The translations under genes were made by a program, and so were the position numbers. A stretch of 64,000 bases of DNA. It comes from Eledone cirrhosa. Lineage: Eukaryota. The stretch covers positions 88,350,001 through 88,414,000 of the forward strand of contig OZ024746.1 in NCBI GenBank assembly GCA_964016885.1, written 5' to 3'. Every line of letters starts with the position of its first letter. Positions within the stretch are counted from its first letter, which is position 1. Under the pieces are notes generated by a model. That model saw nothing but the letters and a program-made list of their open reading frames with translations, was not told the origin of the DNA and did no database searches. This document shows positions 39,231-57,479 of this stretch, piece by piece.

Positions 39231-39976
39231 CGTGTGTATGTGTGTGTATGTGTGTGTGTATGTGTGTGTGTGTGTATGGGTGTGCGTGTGTGTGTATGTG
39301 TATGTTAGTGTATACCCGTATATACGTGGAAATACAAGCGTGTGAACGGGTCGTAACATTTTCTACACATTCACATATGGGAAGTATATATCATAACTGT
39401 ATCGGATACTAAAACCCTTTGCAAAAACATATCCCAGAGCAGAAAGGTATAGGCGATTACAAGACCCGCCTGTCGGCGTGGTACTACCTGAAATCATATA
39501 CACTTTATCTTCGCAAATTCATATTTGAATAGAAGAATGAAGGATTTGCAATTGATGATGGAACACGACAATCGTGTTACTGTATTTTCGCAGTATATAG
39601 TTTCAATAAAACCTTCTGTTAACAAAGAAAACAATAAAATAAAAAGTACACATAAACATTACTTCAGTGAGTCATGACTTTGTTTAGAGTAGAAATATAA
39701 GCACGTGGTGTGTTTCTTTATTCACGTTTCTTAAGTAAAGAAATCATATAAATACATAAGATAGGAAGTTTTTATTCTTCTTCTGTGAAACTACATATCG
39801 TGTTTCTTCTTCGTATACGTCTGCTGATAACTATGTTTTTCTTTTCTGCATTTGTTCATATGTTTACATGTGTTTCATAAGTGTAAATATTTAATAAAGA
39901 AAAACAAGTTTTTCACCTGAAATATGATATCACCAGATATCAACTACTTATACACAATGAGAGAGAAAATACATAC

Positions 39977-40130
<154 letters not shown>

Positions 40131-40440
40131 TGAACTGGATCTATATATATATAGTACATTGGATCTCCCTGAAACAAGTCTTAACACCCCGGCGGGCAGG
40201 CGCTGCAAAATAGCACCCAGGAAACTTGCAGACCAGACCCAGCCTCAGACAGACGGATGCGGCAGAAAAAAAAAAAAAAAAAAATTTGTCCGGGAAAGAC
40301 TGCCCTAACACCGGCCAGAGTTACCTCCCTTGACCTGCTGCAAAATCAAAACAAGATATTTTTGCGAGCAATGAACCTTGATGTGGATTTAACCCCCAAA
40401 ACTCTTTCCGAGCAATATAAGGAACACTTGTGATTATCTA

Positions 40441-40481
40441 TGCCCTTGAGAAGCCCAACTGGGCGAAACGTACGTAGGTGA
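40441..40481 (+). ncRNA. Hammerhead-like motif with CTTGAGAA variant core
   Basis: GCC-CTTGAGAA-GCCC aact GGGC-GAAA-CGTACG-TA-GGT; palindromic stem III; inside an ORF-less unit 40155-40695 bounded by (TA)n. Confidence 0.6.
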
Positions 40482-41193
40482 TATTTTAAATAAACATGTT
40501 TTAACGGTCTATTCTCCGATTTTTTACTTTCCCACGTGCTTACGCTCTGCTAACTCTCTAGCCCACTAAATATTAACACTTCGAATATTTAATACTGCCG
40601 GCACTAGTATCGAGCACCTTTGGCATACGCTACTTGGCAAGTAACTATATGTATCACCTATCCCCCCTTTTTTCTCTTTCTCGATACGTAAATACTATAT
40701 ATATATATATATATATAATATTAAGGATACTATTTATGGTTATGTGTATATTAAACTGTTTATAGTTATATATATTTTAAACTCTAAACAGTGAAAGACA
40801 GTAATTTATTACTACCTTTTTACCAGTAAGATAAATAGCTCAATGTAATAACATCAGTTGTTCTACAGAGCAGTTATATAGAATTCAGTGTATTTATATG
40901 ATTTATTTACGTAAGAAACGTAGATAAAGAAACACGCCACGTGCTTATGTTTGCATTACATATAACACCATGCCACACAATAATCGTATACAAATGAGAC
41001 ACACTTGCATGCTCCATGTGTAAATAGCGCATACACTACATACTAGATCTGACTATCAATCTATCCTCCTGCAATATCTGCCGAATGTATTTTAATTTTT
41101 ATTTTAATTTTTTTTTTTTTTTTAATTTTGATCTTGAATTTGAATTGCTGTACAACAATAGTATAGTATAATATATGTCACTCTACTGTACAT

Positions 41194-41257
<64 letters not shown>

Positions 41258-41373
41258 CTCTTGCGTTTGAAAGGAGGTCAATTATATGTACAAACATTGA
41301 AAAATGGTCCGAAGACACCAAGCCTAGGTTTGGATGAAAGAATTGTAAGTGAATAAATGCTTTGATTCTTGTG

Positions 41374-41606
<233 letters not shown>

Positions 41607-41711
41607 TATATAAACATATACGTGTTGAGTGGGGGTGAGTGTGTGAGACACTGTCTTGATGAAGACCATAGCCAAGAATGAGCATTCAGATATTGCCTTC
41701 CTGTGTTCTGC

Positions 41712-41774
<63 letters not shown>

Positions 41775-42696
41775 AATATTATCGGCCGGACTTGTGATGT
41801 TGTTTCCTCTTCGGTCAGCCGCTCTATGACCCTAAGCAATTTGGTGAAAGTGTTAGTCAGTTCCGGTCCCAGGAAAAGTAAACCAAAAACTTATTTTTTG
41901 GTGTGGCTTATGTTATTTATATATTTTCCATTTCTTAATCACTCTATTTGGAAATCATGTGATAACCAGCTTAGTGTGTGAGTTGAACTCATACTTACGT
42001 ATGTGCTATTCTTTATCCAGTATGGCTTTGGGATAGACGAACCAAAGCGAAACACTTCATAACCATATGTTTACACAGCACTATGTCAGTTTTTCTTCCA
42101 GAAATATCTATATTGTTTTATTAATTTTAGTGAACATATTTACACTGATAGAGCTGCTATTTTGAGGAATTTTCAATTCACATTTGTCAGCAATTCATAC
42201 AAAACCGATATTACCTGTAGTTGTCTCAGAAATAAGTAGAGACTGTCATACTGGAGCAATTCTGAGGACAATAGAAAATAGAAAACAAAAGACAATTAAA
42301 AATGATATGAGCGTAAAACGTTATCGTCTCAATGAAGATAATTTAATATACATTCAACCCAGTTAAATGCATCTCAGTCAAATTGTTCTTTTCATATATA
42401 TCTAATAGTGTCAGCTAATGGAGATGATAAATAATCAATTTTCCACTGTTGTACATTTAAAATCATAAATATATAATTTCTAAAAGCTAAGCTACTTTAC
42501 TATACGAAACAATGCGCTGAAGATTGCCGACACACAAACACAAGCAGGCACACGAGCACACATAGTTATGTGTGCATTGTTTGTTTCCTGTATGTATTAG
42601 CATATATACATTTGTGTGTTTGTTTGTCTACATGTCTGTGTGAATATGTGCGTATGTCTGCATTTATATATATGTGTGTATATGTATATATATATA

Positions 42697-45243
42697 GGAG
42701 AAATTATGTCCCCGACGGCAGAGCTCAAGCCGTTTCGACGGCTATTACTGGACTAAAGTAAGATTTTTTTTTAGTCTGGTAAATAAATAGCCGAACTTTT
42801 CAAGGGTACTTCCTTACATGGAAAGATTGTAGTTGTCAAGCGAATTGGTCGAACTTTGTAGCGGACACAGAAAAGTATATTATGACAATGGGTGTGGTTT
42901 GGGGATGGCTGAACTTGCCTGTATAACGATAGGGGAGTGGGTAACACAGGTCAAGCGTAGAAGGTGAAATCTACACGGCAAATTCTAAGGAATGTGTATG
43001 AAAGTACGCCAGAGGAGGTTGGCTAAACAAATGTATATTTAGAAAGTGGAGGAGGAGCGTTATAGAAATAGTAAATCAAATGCGATTAGGGGACAAAGAT
43101 AAAATATAATAAACAACAAGATAATAACAAATGAGAGAAAGATGTACAGAAAATAAGATTGGAAAGTGAGGTCACCGATTTTATAGGATTATTCCTACTA
43201 TTTAAACTCGTCGAAATGTTTCCCGCATTCGGCGGTGGATTATACCGAGACGATGGGCTCCTTATCCTCAAAGGGTACGACCCCAGTAGTACATACAGGG
43301 TCCGTAAACAACTTATCAACTTTTTCCGGGATTGGGTTTTAAAATCACCCTACAAACGTTCCTAACCCGAGTAAATTTCCTGGACGTTACACTCAACCTC
43401 GAAAATGACCTGTACTACCCATACAGGAAACCAAACGACAACCTGCACTACATCCAGCGCCGCTCTAACCATCCCAGAAACATCACCAATAATCTGGTTA
43501 AAAACATCTCCCTCCGCATATCTTGTTTGTCCGCTAATGAGCAGATATTCGACGAACATGCGCCTCATTGCAACCAGGCCTTCAAGCGGAGTGGCTTCCG
43601 GCAGGAAATATCCTTTTATCCAGCTTCCCTTAGCGGAACCAGCAGGCGACGCCACCGCTCCCGCCACGTAACGTGGTTCAATCCTCCCCACAATGCCGAG
43701 GTGGCAACACCTAACGGGGAAATCTTCTTTTGGCTCCTCGAAAAACACTTTCCACCACAACACCGCTACCACAACATAATCAACAAAAACACTATCAAGC
43801 TATCCTACAGCACCGCACTCAACTTCGCACAAAACCTAGAAATTAGTGGAGAGCTGATCAGGAGGAGTAACTGCCCTGATGGATCTACGTGCCTCCTTAA
43901 CAACAGATGCCGAGAACGTAACGTGATCTACCACTGCAACGTGAGGACGGACACCTCCAACAAAGCTTATAAAGGATTAACCGCCTGTAACTTTAAGACC
44001 CGCCGCTACCAACACCGACATACATTCCGGAACCCGGTCCGGTGAAATGCCACCACAATTTCGGGCCATAATTGGGACCTCCAAGATAATAATATAACAT
44101 ACCATCTTAGTTGGAGCTTACTCTCCAGAGCTAACTCTTACAGCGGAGGACGCCGACAGGTCATCTTATGATCGGAGGAAACATTACAAATGCTGTTTAC
44201 GAAGGATCAACTCCCAAACAAAAACGACGACTGGTAACTGCATGCAAACACAGATTGCGGAAGACTTACCTCGCCCTCAAACCCTAACGATCCGGGTGGG
44301 TAGACTAGGGCTGAAACACCCACTTGCCGAATAAGATAGGTTAAACGCTTGATGTACCTCTTTTCTTTTTCCTCCATGTTTTCATCTTCCCTTTGTCTCC
44401 CCCTATAACTTCTTACCACCACCGAACTTCTTCATCGTTCGTTTATTTGTTTGTTTTGCCTTCTGACTACCCCGAGGCATTACATCGGGTCGCTTTAGCC
44501 TCAGTACCCCCACCCCAATAACTTACAGATAGCATTCGCCGATACGCTATACTAACTATTTATAGCAGCTGTGTTAGACCCCCAGATATGTGGTATTAAT
44601 TTTTAATTGTAAATGTTTCTATTATTCTCATCTAGCAACTCATTATGTGGCTTCGGCTGAAATATAGCAGCTGTGTTAGACTCCTTATTTCACTTCTCAC
44701 TGTCCAATCTTTCTTTCTGTTACATCTTTCTCTCATTTTTTATTATATTATGTTTTATTATATTTTTTCTTTGTCCCCTAATCGCATTTGATTTACTATT
44801 TCTATAACGTCCCTCCTCTACTTTCTAAAGATATCTTTTTTAGCCAACCTTCTCTCGCCTACATTCCATAGAATTTGCAGTGTAGATTTCACCTTCTACG
44901 CTTGACGGCTCTACCCACACCCCTATCGTTCTACAAGCAAGTTCAGCCATCCCCAACGCGCACCCACTGCCATGATAGACTTTTCTGTGTCCGCTACGAA
45001 TTTTGCCCAATACCTTTGACAACTACATTATTTCCATATAAGCAAGTACCCTTGAAAAGTTCGGCTATTTATTTTACCTGACTAAAAAAACTCTTACTTT
45101 AGTCCAGAAATAGCCGTCGAAACGACTTTAACTCTGCGGTCGGGGTCATACTCTCTCCTATTACCCACCACTCTACTACACTAAGTATTGAGTACTCTGG
45201 TGCGTTATGGTCCATCTGGTTCCTTACCACAACTCCTCCGTTA
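42697..45243 (+). mobile_element. 5'-truncated Penelope-like element with inverted 5' pseudo-LTR
   Basis: RT GLYRDDGL, NFLDVTLNL, YRKPND, SNHP, WFNPP; endonuclease NVIYHC..YKGLT..FKTRRYQH; ~470-nt inverted repeats 42697-43170 / 44696-45160; (TA)n flanks. Confidence 0.92.
45047..45146 (+). ncRNA. Hammerhead-like motif with CTTGAAAA core and long stem II
   Basis: ACC-CTTGAAAA-g ttcggctattt...aaatagccgtc-GAAAC-stem III-TC-GGGGT; stem III is better preserved in the inverted copy 42708-42809 (GGC ttgagctct GCCG). Confidence 0.55.
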
Positions 45244-45262
45244 TATACATATATATATAAAT

Positions 45263-45467
45263 GTGGTTACACAACAGTTAGTTCGTCATACCGAGAACAA
45301 TTGTTTCATCTTAGCGGTTCCGCAACTTTGATTACGAGCTGAGGATCCGCTAAGGTGAAACAATTGTTCTCGGTATGGTGAACTAACTGTTGTGGAACCA
45401 CTTTTACCTAAATATTGCCATGGACTAGGTGCTCTACAAATACGGATATTACCTTACAGTGTTCTAC

Positions 45468-45472
<5 letters not shown>
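45263..45472 (+). mobile_element. Fold-back PLE pseudo-LTR remnant in (TA)n
   Basis: ~62-nt arms 45263-45324 / 45340-45401; right arm extends to 45472; the same 3' end occurs inverted at 36831-36874. Confidence 0.72.
45335..45372 (+). ncRNA. Minimal type-I hammerhead ribozyme, canonical core
   Basis: CGAG-CTGAGGA-TCC gctaa GGT-GAAA-CAATTG-TT-CTCG; palindromic stem III. Confidence 0.82.
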
Positions 45473-45506
<34 letters not shown>

Positions 45507-45913
45507 TTTAACTGGGTTGAATGTAAATTAAATTATCTTCATTGAGACGATAGAGTTTTACGCTCATATCATTTTCATTATGTCTTTTTTTCGTATTTTC
45601 TGTTGTCCTCTGAATAAATGTATAAGGGCACGGATGTACGTACATATGAATATACACAAACGTATAAACAAACACAGACACACTAATATATATATATATG
45701 AGTGTGTATATATATATATATATGAGTCTGTCTCTTTTGGTTTATACATTTGTGTATATTCATATGTATGTACATCCGTGCCCTTGTGTCAGCTATAGCT
45801 CTTCCTCCTCCCCACCTCTATCCCCGCTCTCTTTATCTCTCTATCTCTAACTCTCTCCCCTCTCCCTCTCTCTCTCTCTTTGATGGCTGTAAGTGTAACC
45901 TTCCTTTACAAAA

Positions 45914-46100
45914 TAATTATTTCTACTTTAGGCACAAATCCAGCAATTACCCAGTGCATTACTGGTACTTTATTTTATCGACCCCGTAAGGATGAAAGGC
46001 AAAGTCAACCTCGGCCGGATTTGAACTCAGATCGTAAAGGGACGTAACTATGCTGGAAAGCATGGCGTCCGACCCTCTAATGATACTGCCAATCCACCGC
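45914..46100 (-). mobile_element. tRNA-derived SINE (S1)
   Basis: Full S1 body reversed; 14-bp TSD CTTTACAAAATAAT at 45904-45917 and 46102-46115. Confidence 0.92.
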
Positions 46101-46105
46101 TCTTT

Positions 46106-46383
46106 ACAAAATAATGAGAGATATATTGAATGAAAGTTTGAAACGCAATCAGGAGAGCCACATAAAATATAATACTAAATTCGTCAAAGACAACTGTCGT
46201 CTCAGCACATTCTATTTTGGTTATCTCAACTTTTCAGATAGTTTATTCAAATCCATATTCTGAAAGAGTAATTTATATTGATATTCCAGTTCTCTATTTC
46301 ATGTTCAAAGATTTGAAAATGTGATATACTTCACCATGCTTTATCATACTTAATATAGCATTACATATATAGAAATGTGTGTA
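46106..46383 (+). repeat. ~280-nt direct duplication of 56422-56700
   Basis: Near-identical sequence acaaaataatgagagatatattg...atagaaatgtgtgtac; no ORF or TE motif recognised. Confidence 0.9.
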
Positions 46384-46421
46384 CGCGTGTGTGTGTTTAT
46401 ATGTATGTGTGCGTATGTCAT

Positions 46422-46462
<41 letters not shown>

Positions 46463-46889
46463 AATTCTTATGGTTACATGTACGTATGTATTCATATACA
46501 CATATATAACCACCATCTATCCCTCCACACATACACACACATTCATACATATATACGCATATAGACTCAAACAAACACACACAAACGTGTACATGGCTTT
46601 ATCCAACTTTAATATTTTACTTCTTAGCGATCACATCCGTCATATACCTAATATAACAATTCTAATTTCCTGTTAAATAATAGTATTCCTTCTTTGGAAC
46701 TAACGTGCCCAATACAATTGTTAGAAATCATGTTTAAATTTAGATTCCCACGGTGCTTTTAGCATGTTTAATGTTCTATTGTAAACACTGATAGAATGAT
46801 TGATTTGGACATAAGAATAAGTGTATCTAAATGTCATTGATATGAAACATTATATCTGGATGTTAAGCGTGACACCATCTCTCTCTCTC

Positions 46890-51500
<4,611 letters not shown>

Positions 51501-51516
51501 GTCAAATAGGCTTTAA

Positions 51517-51551
51517 AGGCGGGTAGCTGGCTACTTTATATATATATAAAC

Positions 51552-51620
<69 letters not shown>

Positions 51621-51772
51621 TATATATATAGATATATACATATATATATATAGATATATACATATATATATATATATAGATATATATATAGATATATACA
51701 TATATATATATAGATATATACATATATATATATATATATATACAGTATATATATATATATTTATATATATAT

Positions 51773-51864
<92 letters not shown>

Positions 51865-51900
51865 ATATCTATATATATATATACACATGTTATATATATA
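51517..51900. repeat. (TA)n microsatellite with variant units
   Basis: Directly visible. Confidence 0.95.
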
Positions 51901-51905
51901 TGACA

Positions 51906-52098
51906 TAATGGTTTCTACTTTTTGGCACAAGGCCAGCAAATACCCAGTTTATTACTGGTACTTTATTTTATCGACCCCGTAAGGATGAAAGGCAAAGTTA
52001 ACTTCGGCAGGATTCGAACTCAGAATGGCAAGGGCCGTAACTCCATGCGTCAAAGGATGGCGTCCGACCGTCTACCGATACTGCCAATCCACCGCCCT
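51906..52098 (-). mobile_element. tRNA-derived SINE (S1)
   Basis: Full S1 body reversed with B-box (ggattcgaactc); ACATAATG repeated at both flanks. Confidence 0.9.
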
Positions 52099-52116
52099 TA
52101 TATATATATAACATAA

Positions 52117-54487
52117 TGCAGGGACTGCCAACAACTTCCAGGCCTGGAACAATGACGTGCCAGCGTTGTATGGGATTTTAAAACACCATAAGACGAGCAG
52201 TGACCCTGTCACAAGACCACCAACACGGCGAGTCTGTAGACTTAACATTGCTAGTAACTACATACTTTCCTACTTCCTCTCCCTGATCATACGCCCCATC
52301 ATTGAAATGTCCCCATATATATGTGACAGCACGGAAGACCTCCTCAGCAGAATCAGCGAAAATAACCGATCTAGGGACATATCAGACTGTATAATAGGTA
52401 GTATGGATGTTGTGTCCCTATATCCATCCATTGACGTGGATTTTGCTGTGGAGAAATGCGTAGAAATGGTCAGTAAGAGCAATGTTGAATTCCTTGGGAT
52501 TGATACTAGTGAGCTGGGATTCCTACTTAAACTTACCTATAGTAATGATTATCTAGGTACATATGACCTTAGCAACCTGTACCCTACAAGACCAGCAAGA
52601 GGCAAACCACCTACCATTACTTCAATGGCCAAGAACACCCACACATAAAGATGGAACGGGTGGACCAGAGCCATACGGACCTCCGAAAACCACGATGAAC
52701 TAAAGAAAATGATTACACATGCGGTGAGGGCCAGTATAAAACTAATCCTTAAGGAACATATGCTCAAATTTAATGGAAATTAATATGCCCAAGCGAAGGG
52801 AGCAGCATTGCAGGTGACATAGCTAACATATTAATGGTATGGTGGGACAATAAACTTAAACTTAAACTTAAAGGACGATTAGAAGACAGCAACCTCTTAA
52901 ACCTGATAATGTACTACCGCTACGTTGATGTATAAACATCGTAGTAAAAACACGCCACTAGAGAACAGTCAGGGATTAGAGAAAAACAGCAGGGAAAGCA
53001 TCCAGCAAATAGCTAACTCCATCCACCAGAGTATTAGAATTACTATAGACTACCCAAGCAAACACCCCAAACATCGATTACCTGTACTAGACACAGAGCT
53101 CTGGTTAGAAACAATTAATAACAAAAAAACAAATCCCCCATTCCCATTATGGCAAATCAATGACTTCCAAATATCTGATCCACCGAAACTCAGCTGTTTT
53201 GGATCACACCAAAATCAACATACTGATTGCAGTTTGGTACGGGTGATGGGAAACGTGTCCCGCATGTGCAACGCCAAAAGAACTAGAGAGACACATACAA
53301 CACTTCATCCACCGTATGCAGTTCTCTAGTTACAATCAGAGAGATAAAATCAGAGTATATAGAGGAACCACAACCAAATGGGAAAAAATGGTAAATAAAG
53401 ATACAAATGGGACCTGTCACTTGTATAGGAGCAAATTTTGGAATAGAATAGAAAGAACTAGGAATAAGGTTAATAGAATAAACTCATGGTATGATAGCAA
53501 TAAATACCAGAGTGTAATGTTCATCAATACAACCCCTAGAGGTGAATTAGCTTCAACATTTAGAAATGCCCTAGATAAACTTAAACTTAATATTAAGATA
53601 GTAGAAAGACCAGGTACCTCCATAAAAAACACTTATTAGCAATACAGACCCTTTTCAAAGTCCTCCCTGTATAAACAAGAACTGTATAATCTGTTAACTA
53701 AGCCCCCATATTAACTGTAAAACTAGAAATGTAGTATATAGCATAAGATGTACTGAAGGACAATATAAAGATAAGAATATAGTGTATATAGGTGAGACAG
53801 ATCGTAGTAGAGGAGAACTGATAAATGAACACTGGCGAAAAAATCATCAATACTCCAGCAACATGCTAATATAGAACATAAGGGCAAATTAGAGGACATA
53901 GAAATAAAAATAGAACCTACACACAGAAAAGACGCAATGTTTAGACAAATCACAGAGGCAATAAACATAAAAGAACTCCAACCAAAATTAAATAGAAAAC
54001 ATGAATGGAATAGCAACATCACAACTTACAATTAAGGACAAAATGAAAACACCCACATAGAACAAACAACCAACCAGTAACATGTAAATAATCAAATAAA
54101 TAAACAAATAAAAACACACACAGAGACACCCGGATGTAACACATGCGCAAACTAAGCACACAACACACGCAAAAACAAGATGGCGTAGGACAGAAGAAAG
54201 GAGAGGCACAAAACAAAGAAAATAATCCCCAGTCTCTGAAGAGGCCACATAATGTGTGACGAAAGAACTTTGACAATATATCAACAACCTTCCGGTTATG
54301 GAACCAACCAACCAACCGGAAATTTATAAATTCTTAAATGTATGAATTTAATTTATAATAAATTGAAGTGAAAGCAACTGGTGCCTGTGTTTCTTATTGG
54401 CAACATGACCCTCCTAAAACATAACAATATCGGTTTCAACACACGTTTTCAGATAAAGAATCTTGTTAAACAAATTCAGAAACGATA
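52117..54487 (+). mobile_element. Penelope-like element (divergent clade, possibly Naiad-like): RT, GIY-YIG and pseudo-LTR, frameshifted
   Basis: PALYGILKHHK, GSMDVVSLYPSID, IANILMVWWD, YRYVD, LPVLDTELW, VMFINTTPRGELA, NVVYSIRC..YIGETDRS, LNRKHEW; hammerhead in the 3'UTR; ends at (TA)n. Confidence 0.88.
54232..54274 (+). ncRNA. Minimal type-I hammerhead ribozyme motif
   Basis: GTCT-CTGAAGA-g GCCACAT a ATGTGTGAC-GAAA-GAAC-TT-TGAC, in the 3'UTR of the PLE. Confidence 0.7.
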
Positions 54488-54645
54488 TATATATATATAT
54501 ATATATGGTCATAATTAAAACGTGTGTACACATGTGGCTATTTCGGTCTATCTATATACATATAGCTTATAATTTGAATGAGCCTGTAGAGAAACGTACA
54601 TTGAGATTTCAATGAGAAGCATAATGATCATTTAAACCCCCCCCC

Positions 54646-54703
<58 letters not shown>

Positions 54704-54709
<6 letters not shown>

Positions 54710-54797
54710 TTTCTGAATTTGTTTAACAAGATTCTTTATCTGTAAACGTGTGTTGAAACCGATTTTGTTATGCTTTGGGAGGGTTATGTTGCCAATA
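54704..54797 (-). repeat. Inverted copy of the PLE terminal ~90 nt (54395-54487)
   Basis: Reverse-complement match across a spacer bounded by (TA)n. Confidence 0.88.
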
Positions 54798-54869
54798 TAT
54801 ATAGTTAGATAGCTACATACACATATAGATAGACAGATAGATAGATACACACACACACACATTCCATAT

Positions 54870-56050
54870 GATACTAAATGGAAACACAAACCGATTATCC
54901 TCTTCCACCACGCCTAATATGGGCAATTTTATCATGAAATTGAATAACAAAAACGCCTCTGCATGTACAGCAATACCAACAGCCAAGAGAACACCGAGCA
55001 AAATCTGAACCCGCAGTAACGTCCGAAGCCCCCCTCCCGTCACTGACCAGATGGCACCCGCAAATACCAACGTCTCTTCCACTTTACGCTCATATCTGGA
55101 CAAACAATACCATACCAGGAATAACACCCCCAACACTGGAGCCAAGCTGGAAAGCACATACTATACACGGACAAACTGCAACTGCAGTTGTCCTCTATCG
55201 GGTAAATGCTTATTGAAAAATATCATTTATCAATGTGTGGTAAAATGTAAACTCGGGATACATATAAATATGTTGTTTCCAAGAAAATATGGTATGAGCA
55301 CACACAGACATTTAAAAACCCCATTTTAGCTAGATCTACGGCCATGGGGAAAGAACTCTGGGATCTGTAAAGCGCTAATATTGAATACACCGTACAATTA
55401 TCCGTGCTAAAAGTCGCCCGTCCATACCGAAATGAAAGACACCCCTGTGAATTATTGTTGGCGGAAGTAATTGAAATAGTGCCGGGAAATGTCTTTCTAA
55501 ATCCCCGGCACGATATGATATTTAAATGCAAACACAAGGTCCTTAAAAACTACGTTAAATACAAACTGGTCTAGAACAATATTCTATCCCTAATACCTAG
55601 GTATTAGGACATTTCCTACACTTAATCCCTACCTCATCTTTCTCTGCCCATATCATTATACCTTCTCTACCGCCGTATATAGTAAACATAAACACATTCA
55701 CCTTTAACAATTGTCAAGGAATAATTGTTCCACATCACAGCACAAGGATTGATGGTGTGAAACTCTTTGCCGCCGCTACCTCTCCTCTCTACTATCACAC
55801 TGACTTACTGTATTTCATGCTATTTTTAACTTATTTACATTTTCTTAAACGAAATCTCATTACTGAATTTCACTTCGTAGTGAACAGTTGAATTCAACTA
55901 CTATAGTCTCTCTGATGATGTGTAATAACTAATTAAGTATTGCATATGGTGGAACAATATATATTGTAGTCTCTATATATGTGGACAATTTATAATAGAC
56001 ACAAAACATAAATCCGTGTACAACTTTCTACACGAAATAAATGCATCAAC
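54870..56050 (+). mobile_element. Decayed Penelope-like GIY-YIG fragment plus tail
   Basis: CNCSCPLSGKCLLKNIIYQCVV, TFKNP, STAMGKELWDL, KVARPY, PCEL; CTGATGA followed by a hairpin at 55912. Confidence 0.75.
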
Positions 56051-57053
56051 GATGTTAGGCTGATACAGCTTACCAAAAGATCCCTCAGAAAAATAGGACT
56101 GTTTCATTGACTCATTGGTAGCCAGTGGGAAATTCTGTAGAAACGGAGGGAGGAATTAACAGTCGATAAGAAAACGGACTATTTCCTTCGTAGCAACTGA
56201 GAATGTCTCGTGAAGATGAGGGATAAATTAACACATGATACAGTAGTCACAGACAGATTGTAAGGTGGACAGCGAGCGAATAATATTTTTACTAGAAAAT
56301 GCAATTAGTACATATTCATATATATATTAAATATATGTGTATATGGTTTTCGCCGTGACAATGACCGAAACAGTTAACATAATCAAAATAATTAAAACAA
56401 CCCCCAAATCAGAGCTATTTAACAAAATAATGAGAGATATATTGAATGAAAGTTTGAAACGCAATCAGGAGAGCCACATAAAATATAATACAAAATTCGT
56501 CAAAGACAACTGTCGTCTCAGCACATTCTATTTTAGTTATCTCAACTTTTCAGATAGTTTATTCAAATCCATATTCTGAAAGAGTAATTTATATTGATAT
56601 TCCAGTTCTCTATTTCACGTTCAAACATTAGAAAATGTGATATACTTCCCCATGCTTTAACTTACTTAATATGGCATTACATATATAGAAATGTGTGTAC
56701 TCGTTTGTGTCACATCACCTGTTTCAGGGGCAGATAAATTGCGTAGTTGGATACATAAGTCCAGTTGGTTACCTTCAGCCAATCATCTGCGAAACACCCG
56801 TAACATATCTTTCCACAATAATCAAATGTTTTATGTAAAAGTAAGTTCCTCATTTTTGTCTATTATATAGATTCTGCATGTGTCTAGAGCGCTTGCTTTG
56901 GTACCAACACTATTAATTCACTGCACTATTCCCCCCCCCCACACACACACACAAACATACACTATATATATAGCAATATAAATATATAAATATATATATA
57001 TATATATAGATATAAATAAATATATATCTATATCTATATATATATAAATAGGC

Positions 57054-57092
<39 letters not shown>

Positions 57093-57479
57093 TGTCTCTG
57101 TGTGTGTGTGTAAGTATGAGTGTGTCTATGTCTGTATACATATACATATCTATAAATATATATACACACATGCATACTGATACATACACACGCACATACA
57201 CACACATAAACACACACACACACACACACACACCCATATATATATATATATATATATTTAATTTAAACATCGTGTAAAGCTAGTAAGTCATGACAAACTC
57301 AGGAAATATTGAATACTCTTTTCAGTTGGTAATCAAAAAAGCTAGTGAGACAAGTAATAAAAAAGAATTGAAAAAAAAACAAAAACAAACTAAAACTAAA
57401 ATAAAAAAAAGGAAGATTATACCTAAACAGACGAGTAAGAAAAGAGGTAACAAGGGAAGTTGTAAAACAGCTAGAAGTT

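Noticed and set aside
55905-55975. CTGATGA plus hairpin plus GGAAC in the Penelope tail
   Set aside because: Stem I does not pair and the GAAA box is broken; likely a decayed hammerhead but unsupported.
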